From contig JANLWX010000075.1 of assembly GCA_031364845.1 (NCBI GenBank), forward strand, positions 7,687 to 71,686: a stretch of DNA of 64,000 nucleotides, in the 5' to 3' direction. The first letter of the stretch is position 1. Each line of letters begins with the position of its first letter. The translations under genes and the position numbers were made by a program. Origin of the DNA: Candidatus Eiseniibacteriota bacterium (lineage in GTDB: Bacteria; Eisenbacteria; RBG-16-71-46). Under the pieces are notes generated by a model that was not told the origin of the DNA, did no database searches, and saw nothing but the letters and a program-made list of their open reading frames with translations. Of the stretch, positions 56,990-64,000 are shown piece after piece.

Positions 56990-57406
56990 TCAGCGCTTCG
57001 CCACCGGAATCACCAGCTTGAGCGCGCTCAGCGTCGGCGAGAACGCAGCGACCTTCACATCGACGAGCCCGGCTTTGAGCGCCGCCGCGCGCACGTGATC
57101 TTCCTTGAGCGCGGGACGGCCCTTCGGCCACACCACCCACACCATGCCATTGCGCGCGATCGCCGACGCCGCCTTCGCGATGCGCGCGAGGTCCGCCACC
57201 GATTCGACGCCGAGGAACACCGCTACCGAACCCTTTGCGATGCGGCCGATGCTCGCATTCGCCGTGCGCTCGGCGAGTTGCTCGAGGAATTCGGCGTCGT
57301 CGATGCCGGTCACAGAAACCCGCTGATCCGGCTTCACGCCGAGCTTGTCGATCAGGCGCTTCGGGTTGCGGATCTTCTCTGCCTGCGAGTGCGATCTGTC
57401 AGCCAT
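56990..57406 (-). CDS. DUF3052-like protein
   Basis: LIDKLGVK, WVVWPKG, GLVDVKV.AFS...SALK. Confidence 0.75.
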   Translation of the reverse strand: MADRSHSQAEKIRNPKRLIDKLGVKPDQRVSVTGIDDAEFLEQLAERTANASIGRIAKGSVAVFLGVESVADLARIAKAASAIARNGMVWVVWPKGRPALKEDHVRAAALKAGLVDVKVAAFSPTLSALKLVIPVAKR

Positions 57407-57416
57407 CCACTGCGTT

Positions 57417-57475
57417 GCGGAATCGGTGCGCTCCTCGACGTGTCTTAGACACGTCTGCGGTGCACCCGATTCCGC
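57417..57475. repeat. Long intergenic hairpin with GTGTCT-N-AGACAC core
   Basis: Outer arms GCGGAATCGGTGC/GCACCCGATTCCGC; inner GACGTGTCT-T-AGACACGTC. Confidence 0.65.
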
Positions 57476-57507
57476 TCCTTGTGGCTGGCCGACATCTCTC
57501 ACTCTCG

Positions 57508-57532
57508 GCTGGCGGTTCATGAATAGTCCGGG
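57508..57532. repeat. 25-bp dispersed repeat, copy 2
   Basis: Identical to 16755-16779; supplies the last codons and stop of the ycaQ-like gene. Confidence 0.75.
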
Positions 57533-58929
57533 CTGTGCGCGGTGAGCGCGGCCGCGAGCGGCCGCTTGAAGTGCGCCGGTCCGACGCGCCCGAGATCGAC
57601 CGTGTCGGCGCCCACGAACTCCGCGAGTGACCGCAGCGCGGCACCCACGCCCGCGAGCGCGCGATCGTGATCGATCACGCCCCAGTTCGCAGCCGGCGGT
57701 GTCTCGCCCGCGACGAACCATGGCTCGAAGTGGACCCACTTCACGTCGAGACGCTTCTCGGCCCGGTGCGTTTTCACGTCCGCGCGGCCGATCAACTGGC
57801 TGTCGTGGAAGATCGGCAGCGCGTAGTAGCCGTGCACGCGGCGATGACTCGGCGTATAGACCTCGATCCGGTAGTCGAAGCCGAACAGCCGCTTCACGCG
57901 CTCGCGGTACCACATCAAAGAATCGAACGGCGCGAGCAACGTGGTGCCACGCGACGGCGCGCGCCGCCGGCCGGCCACATGAAGTGCCGCGAGGTCATTG
58001 GGGAGCGCGAACCAGCGGTTGCGATCGCCCGCGACCGCGATCTCCGCCACCTCGCCGCTTTCGACCATTGCCCGCAAGGTGCTGCGCCGCACGGTCGCCT
58101 TCGTGCGCGGGAACGTGAGGTAGCCATTGAGATCGGTCTCGGTCGCCGCGCCCATCGCATGGAGCGATCGCACCATGTGCCAGCGCGCAAACGCCTCGCT
58201 CGTCATCGGCTCCACGGTGTCGAACTCCGCGAGCACGCGTGCCGAGAGATCGAAGCGCTTGTGAAAGTGCGAGCGCGAATGAACCATGATCCTCCCGGTC
58301 ATCCACAGATAGTGGAGTCCGTGGGTCGCGGGCTTCCAGTTCCACCACCCTGCGCCCCCCGCGGGGCGCTTCTCGCGAAACTCCGCATTCGCCATCGGCC
58401 CGCGCGCGCGAATCTCGGACTCCACGGTCTCCAACACACGCGCGTTCTTCTTGAGCCACCCCGACCAGCCGGTGTGCCGGAACTCGTAGTCGATCATCGC
58501 GCGCCGCCACGCGGGGAGTTGCGCGCGCGGCACCATGCACGCGGCATGTGCCCAGTACTCGAACAGCACGCGGCGTTTCCACGCGAGCCGGTCGAGCGCC
58601 GCACGCGGGAACACGCCGAAGCGGCTCCACGCGGTCAGGTAGTGCGCGCGCTCCACGACGTTGATTGAGTCGAGCTGCAACCCGCCGACGTCGGTGACGA
58701 AGCGCTCGAGATGGGTCGCGGTCAGCCGTCGCCCGCGCGGGCGGCCGAGGTGCTGGCGCTCGAGGAACAGTGCGGCGACCGCGTTGCGGGTGAAGGTGGG
58801 AAGAGGATCGCGCGCGGGTGCGGCGGCGCGCGCGCGGGCGTTGGCGCGCGTGGACTCCGTGGTTCGCGTGCGCGCGGCGGAGCGCGCGGGTTTCCGCGAC
58901 CGTGAGCCGGGCGCCGCGGGAGTCGCCAT
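57517..58929 (-). CDS. ycaQ: Crosslink-repair DNA glycosylase, YcaQ family (HTH_42)
   Basis: LQLDSINVV.RAH (QxD motif), FEYWAH, WWNWKP, LLAPFD, LFGFDYRIEVYTP..R.HGYY.LP. Confidence 0.88.
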   Translation of the reverse strand: MATPAAPGSRSRKPARSAARTRTTESTRANARARAAAPARDPLPTFTRNAVAALFLERQHLGRPRGRRLTATHLERFVTDVGGLQLDSINVVERAHYLTAWSRFGVFPRAALDRLAWKRRVLFEYWAHAACMVPRAQLPAWRRAMIDYEFRHTGWSGWLKKNARVLETVESEIRARGPMANAEFREKRPAGGAGWWNWKPATHGLHYLWMTGRIMVHSRSHFHKRFDLSARVLAEFDTVEPMTSEAFARWHMVRSLHAMGAATETDLNGYLTFPRTKATVRRSTLRAMVESGEVAEIAVAGDRNRWFALPNDLAALHVAGRRRAPSRGTTLLAPFDSLMWYRERVKRLFGFDYRIEVYTPSHRRVHGYYALPIFHDSQLIGRADVKTHRAEKRLDVKWVHFEPWFVAGETPPAANWGVIDHDRALAGVGAALRSLAEFVGADTVDLGRVGPAHFKRPLAAALTAHSPDYS

Positions 58930-58931
58930 CG

Positions 58932-60365
58932 CTACGCTTGGCCGGGCGGATACGCGCGCGCCAGCACCTCGACCAGGTGCACCATGCGCACGTCCGAGCC
59001 GCGTTCGCGCGCGCCGCGCGCCATGTGGAGCAGGCATCCCGGGTTCGACGCGACGACCAGCTCCGGCGCGATCTTCTCGATCGAGTCGAGCTTGTGCGAA
59101 AGCTGCGCATCGGCCATGACCGGATGCGTGAGGTTGTAGATGCCGGCACTCCCGCAGCACCAGTCGGAGTTCGGCAAATCGACCAGCTCGACGCCGGGCA
59201 GCGCGCGCAGCAACGCGCGGGGGGCGGCGCGCACTTTCTGCGCGTGTGCCAGGTGACACGGATCGTGATACCCGATGCGCAGTGGCCGCGCAGGGTCACC
59301 GGCCGCGTTGAGGCGCGTGGCGCCTTCGGGCATACCCAGCTCGGCCAGCACCTCCGACACATCGCGCGCGCGCGACGAGAACTCCGCGGCGCCGTCGCGC
59401 GCCTCGGCATCGTCGGCGAGCAGATGATCGTACTCGCGCAGTGCCGCACCACAGCCGGCGGAGTCGGTGATGATCGCGTCGTACGGTCCCTGAAACGCGG
59501 CCACGTTGGCGCGCGCGAGCTGCTTGGCCGTGCGCCGCAATCCTGCGTGCGCGTGCAGCGCTCCGCAGCAGGTCTGTGCGCGCGGCACGTGCACCTCGCA
59601 GCCGGCGAGCACCAGCATCCGCACGGCGTCGCGGTTGTGGCCGGGGAACATCGTCTCCATCACGCAGGTGGTGAAGAACGCGACGCGCGCGCGGGCGGCG
59701 CCGGCGGGATGAAAGCGCAGGCCGTCCCCGGCGCGCTCCATGCGCGCGCCGCGCGGCAACTCGCGTTCGACGCCTTCGAGGCGGCGCGCGGAGCGCGAGA
59801 CGAGTGGAGGCGTCATCGCGAAGCCCTGGATCGCGAACGACGGCAGCACGCGCCGCGCGAATGATGAGCGCATGAACGCGGCGATCGGCCCGCTCTGTCC
59901 GAGGCGCAGGAGATCGGCGACGAAGTGCGTGCGCCCGCGATGCGGGACGAGATGCTCGAGCACCCACGTGCCGAGCGAGCGCGTGGGGGTCGCCGGGCGG
60001 GCGCGGCGCTCGATCTGCCCGCGCGTCTCTTCGAGCATGCGGCTGTAAGGCACGCCGGCCGGGCACACGGTTTCGCACGCGCGGCAGCCGAGGCACTCGT
60101 CGAGGTGATGAACCACATCGGCATCCGCCGCGATGCGGCCCTCGGCCAATCCGCGCATCAGGTAGATGCGTCCGCGCGGCGAGTCGGGCTCGATCTTCAG
60201 CTCGCGGTAGGTCGGGCACGCGGTGAGGCACAGACCGCAATGGATGCAGGTGTTGAGATCGCGCCGTCCCGGCGCATCCTCGGCGTCGAACCACGAGGCG
60301 AGGATCGGCAGCGTGGTGAGAGGCGTCGCGGGCGGGTGCGGTTCGTGTGGGGAAGGAGCACTCAT
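58932..60365 (-). CDS. glcF: Glycolate oxidase iron-sulfur subunit-like (GlcF) oxidoreductase
   Basis: CIHCGLCLTACP, SPRGRI, CLGCRACETVCP, two CCG domains, YHDPCHL. Confidence 0.85.
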   Translation of the reverse strand: MSAPSPHEPHPPATPLTTLPILASWFDAEDAPGRRDLNTCIHCGLCLTACPTYRELKIEPDSPRGRIYLMRGLAEGRIAADADVVHHLDECLGCRACETVCPAGVPYSRMLEETRGQIERRARPATPTRSLGTWVLEHLVPHRGRTHFVADLLRLGQSGPIAAFMRSSFARRVLPSFAIQGFAMTPPLVSRSARRLEGVERELPRGARMERAGDGLRFHPAGAARARVAFFTTCVMETMFPGHNRDAVRMLVLAGCEVHVPRAQTCCGALHAHAGLRRTAKQLARANVAAFQGPYDAIITDSAGCGAALREYDHLLADDAEARDGAAEFSSRARDVSEVLAELGMPEGATRLNAAGDPARPLRIGYHDPCHLAHAQKVRAAPRALLRALPGVELVDLPNSDWCCGSAGIYNLTHPVMADAQLSHKLDSIEKIAPELVVASNPGCLLHMARGARERGSDVRMVHLVEVLARAYPPGQA

Positions 60366-60381
60366 CGCGACGAGGATAGCA

Positions 60382-60774
60382 TCATTCCTCGCGGCGCTTC
60401 GCGCGCGACCGAGGCGCGGGAGCTTCGTCCTCCATCTCATCCTCCATCTCGAGATGGAAGCGGTGCAGGAATCGATGGACGACCGGCGCCATCAGCACGC
60501 CGACGCTCGACAGAAACGCGATGCCGCTGAACAGCGCGTACGCCGAGGCGAACAGCTTGCCCGATTCGGTCTCGAGATGATCGACCGGTCCCATGCCGGT
60601 CAGGATCATCGAGGCGTTGAGGATCGAGTCGATCCAGCCGAGCTTGCCGAACGTGTGGTAACCGAGCACTCCGGCAAACAGCGAAAACCCGATCACCGGC
60701 AGCGCGATCGAGGCGTTGCTGATGAAGTGTTTGAGAAACAGATGGCGCGGAGCGAGCGGACGGCGCGCGGTCAT
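60382..60774 (-). CDS. Small 2-TM membrane protein with a pore-loop-like segment
   Basis: GYH..W.DS.LNASMILTGMGPV..GKLFASAYALFSG, HRFLHRFH. Confidence 0.75.
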   Translation of the reverse strand: MTARRPLAPRHLFLKHFISNASIALPVIGFSLFAGVLGYHTFGKLGWIDSILNASMILTGMGPVDHLETESGKLFASAYALFSGIAFLSSVGVLMAPVVHRFLHRFHLEMEDEMEDEAPAPRSRAKRREE

Positions 60775-61799
60775 GGGACCAGCACCAGCTTGCCGAAGTG
60801 TTCGCGCGCTTCGATGCGCTCGTGGGTGCGGCGCGCTTCGGCGAGCGGCAGCACCTGATCCACGATCGGCTTCAAGGCGCCGGAGCGCACGTGTTCGAGC
60901 ACCGCGGACAGTTCGTCGCGGCGTCCCATCCACGATCCCATCAGCGTGAGATGGCGGCCGAACAGCAGATTCACATCGAGCGTCACCTTGGCTCCGATCG
61001 TGGCCCCGCACGTCACGAGGCGTCCGTTCTTCGCGAGTGCGGCCACGCCACGCTCGAACACCGGGCCGCCGACGTGCTCGAACACGACGTCCACACCTTT
61101 CTTGCCGGTGAGTTCGCGCGCGCGCGCGGCGATGTCTTCATGCGCATGATCGATCGTCTCGTGCGCGCCGAGCGCGCGGGCGCGTTCGAGCTTCACAGCA
61201 CTGCCCGCGGTCGCGATCACACGCGCACCGATCAGCCGCGCGATCTGGATCGCCGCACTTCCGACCCCGCTGCCGGCGCCGATCACGAGCACGTCCTCGC
61301 CCGCGCGCAGTTTCGCGCGTCCGACCAGCATGTGCCATGCAGTGAGGAACACGAGCGGCACCGCCGCGGCCTGCGCCCACTCGAGGTTCGCGGGGAACGT
61401 CAGCAGATTCACCGCCGGCACCGCGACCTGCTCGGCGTAGCCGCCGTTGCGCGCGCGGCCCAGCACGTCGTACTGGCGGCACAGGTTGTCGTCGCCGTTC
61501 GCGCACGCTTCGCAGGTTCCGCACGAAAGCGTCGGCAGCACCAGCACCGCATCGCCTTCGTTCCACCCGCGCACGTTCGCCCCGAGCGATGCGATCGTGC
61601 CGACGATGTCGTTGCCCAGGATGTGCGGCATCTGAGGCGTGATGCCCGGCAGCCCGCGGCGCACCCACAGGTCGAGATGATTGATGCCGCACGCGCGCAC
61701 GTTCACGATCACGTCGTCCGGGCCGCACACGGGATCGGGCACTGTGCGGTATTCGAGCACCTCGGGTCCGCCGGTGCGATCGAACACGACGGCGTTCAT
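60771..61799 (-). CDS. Zinc-binding alcohol dehydrogenase/quinone oxidoreductase (MDR family)
   Basis: NHLD, CGTCEAC..C structural Zn site, GAGSGVG, HFGKLVL. Confidence 0.9.
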   Translation of the reverse strand: MNAVVFDRTGGPEVLEYRTVPDPVCGPDDVIVNVRACGINHLDLWVRRGLPGITPQMPHILGNDIVGTIASLGANVRGWNEGDAVLVLPTLSCGTCEACANGDDNLCRQYDVLGRARNGGYAEQVAVPAVNLLTFPANLEWAQAAAVPLVFLTAWHMLVGRAKLRAGEDVLVIGAGSGVGSAAIQIARLIGARVIATAGSAVKLERARALGAHETIDHAHEDIAARARELTGKKGVDVVFEHVGGPVFERGVAALAKNGRLVTCGATIGAKVTLDVNLLFGRHLTLMGSWMGRRDELSAVLEHVRSGALKPIVDQVLPLAEARRTHERIEAREHFGKLVLVP

Positions 61800-61815
61800 G
61801 CGCGCAGTCTTCCCG

Positions 61816-62670
61816 TCACTCGTCGAACAGCACGGTCGGCTCTTCGTAGAACCGCACGTGCCGCGTGGTGACGCGCTCGGTGAGCCACTCACGCAGCCAT
61901 GTGTTCTTCTGCTCGAGCGTCTGCGTGCGGTCGGCGAGGCGCTCGATCGGAGCGTTCACGCGCAACGCGCGCCAGCGGATCAGGTGCCGCGTGATCCCTG
62001 CGGGCAGCCGCGCGCCGCTCATGGCGAGCTCGAGGATCTCGTCGGGCTCGAAGTGCGGAAACACGACGACGGCGGTGACGTCGGGATGGCGATGACGCGC
62101 CGCTTCGAGCGTGTCGCCCGTGACGCGATAGAAGTGCCGGCGCCGGTAGATGTCGACCACCTGATTCAACAGGTCGTTCTTGTCTTCGAGATCGGTGCCG
62201 CCGGTGAGCGTCATCACCTTCGCGTCCGAGGTGACGATGCAGGCGAGCGCCTGGCGCCGCGCGAGCAGCGCGCGCCCGTGAATACGGTCCTCCGCGTGGC
62301 ACGTGAGCCCCGGAATCGCGTGCAGCGCCGTCTCGATCTCCTGCGCCGTCATCTCGCTCAGCGCGTGATACCAGGTCGCGAGCCGCACGTGCGGCTCTTC
62401 ATAGCGCGCGACCTGCACGACCATGTGCGGAAATCCCGCCGCGCGCGCCGCGGTCGAACGATTGGCGCCATCGAGCACGACGTAGCGCGGATCGCCGTCG
62501 TAGTCGGCGAGCGAAGCGACGACCGGCGGGTTCTTGAGGTGCGTCTCCTCGCGGAGCTGGCGCACCAGCGGCTCCATGCGATGAGCGTCGTGCTGCTCGT
62601 GCGGAACCAGACTTTCGACCGGAACGAAGCGCAGATCGGGGAGCGGAAAATCGGCGGAGCCGTGGACCAC
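61816..62670 (-). CDS. SbnI/SerK-like (ParB/Srx fold) putative free-serine kinase
   Basis: LVPHE..L..NPPVV..YVVLDGANR..VVQ at the N-terminus and G.RLPAGITR..RALRVNAP at the C-terminus; GTG overlaps the DHS stop. Confidence 0.65.
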   Translation of the reverse strand: MVHGSADFPLPDLRFVPVESLVPHEQHDAHRMEPLVRQLREETHLKNPPVVASLADYDGDPRYVVLDGANRSTAARAAGFPHMVVQVARYEEPHVRLATWYHALSEMTAQEIETALHAIPGLTCHAEDRIHGRALLARRQALACIVTSDAKVMTLTGGTDLEDKNDLLNQVVDIYRRRHFYRVTGDTLEAARHRHPDVTAVVVFPHFEPDEILELAMSGARLPAGITRHLIRWRALRVNAPIERLADRTQTLEQKNTWLREWLTERVTTRHVRFYEEPTVLFDE

Positions 62671-63794
62671 TACTTCCTCGTCTGCGTCTCGGCGGCGCGT
62701 CCCCGCGAGAAGTAGGCTTCCTTGAGCCGCGCCATCACGTCCGCGCGGCGATCGTAGAGCCGCTTGAGCGGACGCGGCGCGTGGCGCGCGAGCGCGTAAG
62801 CCGTGAGCAGTGGCAGGCCGATCGTCGAGTCGGCGTAGCAGATCACGGTGCCCGGCAGCTGATCCGGATCGATCTTGCCCCAGCTCACGGCTTCGGCCGG
62901 GGTGGCACCCGAGAGGCCGCCCGAGTCCGGACGCGCGTCGGTGATCGCGAGGAAGTAGTCGTGGCCCTTCTCGGCGATGCCGAGCACTTCCTGAATCTGC
63001 GGCTCGGTCTGCAGCAGGAAATTCTTGGGGCTGCCACCGCCCAGAATCCACACCGCGCTCTTGCCCCCGTGGAACTTTGCGTCCCACACGATGCCCGCGG
63101 TCTCGTTCACGTCGGCATTCACATCGAGCAGCAGCTTGCCGCCTTCGAGCGCCTTGGCCGCGATGTTCATGCCGATCGACGAATCGCCCGGCGATGACGT
63201 GTAGATCGGCACACCGTATTCGTAAGCCGCCGCGAGCAGTGAGCGGTGCTTCAAGCCGAGCTTGTCCTCGCGCGCGCGGATGTACTTGCCGCACAGGTTG
63301 TGGAACTCGGCGCTGCTCATGGTGCGCTGGAACTCGGGTGCCGCGATGATCTCGCGGAAGAACGCGTCGGTGTCGAGCAGCACCGAGTAGTCGAAGAAGA
63401 TGTCGTAGATGCGCACCACTTCCTGCTCGCGCAGCGCCACGTCGTCGACCTGGAACGTGCCCTGATGCATCGAGAGCCCGATGCCGAAATGCGCGTCGTG
63501 ATAGAGGTTCGCACCGGTCGAGACGATCCAGTCGACGAATCCCGCGCGCATCAGCGGAATGATCGCGCTCATCCCGAGCCCGGCCGGCGTGAGGGCACCG
63601 GTGATCGACAGCGCCACCGTCGAATCGTCGGCGAGCATCCGTTCGGTCAACAGCCGCGCACCCTCGCGCAGGCGAGCGCCGTTGTAGGCCAGGAACGCCT
63701 GATCGATGAGATCGGCCGCAGTCTCCTGGCCGGTGATCGCGGGCGGATCGATCGCGCGACCCGTGATGTGCGGATTCCTCTTGCGTGCGGTCAT
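62670..63794 (-). CDS. Deoxyhypusine synthase-family protein (probably homospermidine synthase-type)
   Basis: [46 protein letters not shown]. Confidence 0.9.
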   Translation of the reverse strand: MTARKRNPHITGRAIDPPAITGQETAADLIDQAFLAYNGARLREGARLLTERMLADDSTVALSITGALTPAGLGMSAIIPLMRAGFVDWIVSTGANLYHDAHFGIGLSMHQGTFQVDDVALREQEVVRIYDIFFDYSVLLDTDAFFREIIAAPEFQRTMSSAEFHNLCGKYIRAREDKLGLKHRSLLAAAYEYGVPIYTSSPGDSSIGMNIAAKALEGGKLLLDVNADVNETAGIVWDAKFHGGKSAVWILGGGSPKNFLLQTEPQIQEVLGIAEKGHDYFLAITDARPDSGGLSGATPAEAVSWGKIDPDQLPGTVICYADSTIGLPLLTAYALARHAPRPLKRLYDRRADVMARLKEAYFSRGRAAETQTRK

Positions 63795-63830
63795 GAAACT
63801 CCTCGGGGACGGGCGCGGGGCGCCGTGCGG

Positions 63831-64000
63831 CTAGAGATAACGGGTCTTCAAGATCTCGACATGATGGCGGCCGTGGCCCGCGATCACGAACGCGAGCGCG
63901 CGCACGCTCATCAGGTTGTCGCTCGCGACCCCGCTGCGATTCCAGGCGGCGGCGTCGAGTTGGCGGAACAACAACAGCGACGACTTGCGCACCACCTCGA
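63831..64000 (-). CDS. DinB/YfiT-superfamily protein (5' part outside the window)
   Basis: Manual translation: RKSSLLLFRQLDAAAWNRSGVASDNLMSVRALAFVIAGHGRHHVEILKTRYL*. Confidence 0.75.
   Translation of the reverse strand, partial: EVVRKSSLLLFRQLDAAAWNRSGVASDNLMSVRALAFVIAGHGRHHVEILKTRYL

Noticed and set aside
61816-62670. Chromosome-partitioning ParB
   Set aside because: No HTH, parA or parS nearby; the C-terminal motif fits SbnI-like proteins better
63831-64000. Second DNA polymerase IV
   Set aside because: This is the unrelated DinB/YfiT four-helix metalloprotein family

Overview
64 kb of a high-GC bacterial chromosome, about 60 CDSs; no rRNA, tRNA, CRISPR array, integrase or transposase was seen. 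Six secreted proteins carry a FlgD-Ig/T9SS-like C-terminal domain and one has an SWGxLKxxY tail, which suggests Ca. Eisenbacteria or a related FCB-type lineage (inference). Housekeeping content: TPAT-type TRAP transporter, ETF-QO, trxB, MacB-type and ABC-2 exporters, hddA-gmhA heptose genes with a glycosyltransferase and flippase, HU, lysC, ycaQ, glcF-like and a deoxyhypusine synthase homologue. Main observations: (1) an ~8.2 kb poly-gamma-glutamate locus (propeller protein-pgsB-pgsC-pgsW-repeat protein-outer-membrane barrel-cytochrome c lipoprotein) with no pgsA/capD, bracketed by a 69-bp imperfect direct repeat of the dnaE2 3' end; (2) a DUF6504-like-dinB-X-dnaE2 mutagenesis cassette whose putative promoter spacer is filled by a palindrome (candidate novel SOS box); (3) a doubly frameshifted DUF4160-like toxin gene with an intact antitoxin-like partner; (4) a C39-like peptidase and lipoprotein pair that share a domain; (5) a canonical-type PARG homologue; (6) an SbnI/SerK-like kinase translationally coupled to the DHS homologue; (7) dispersed short repeats. 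All family calls come from recognising motifs by eye; no database searches were run, and start codons were adjusted manually.
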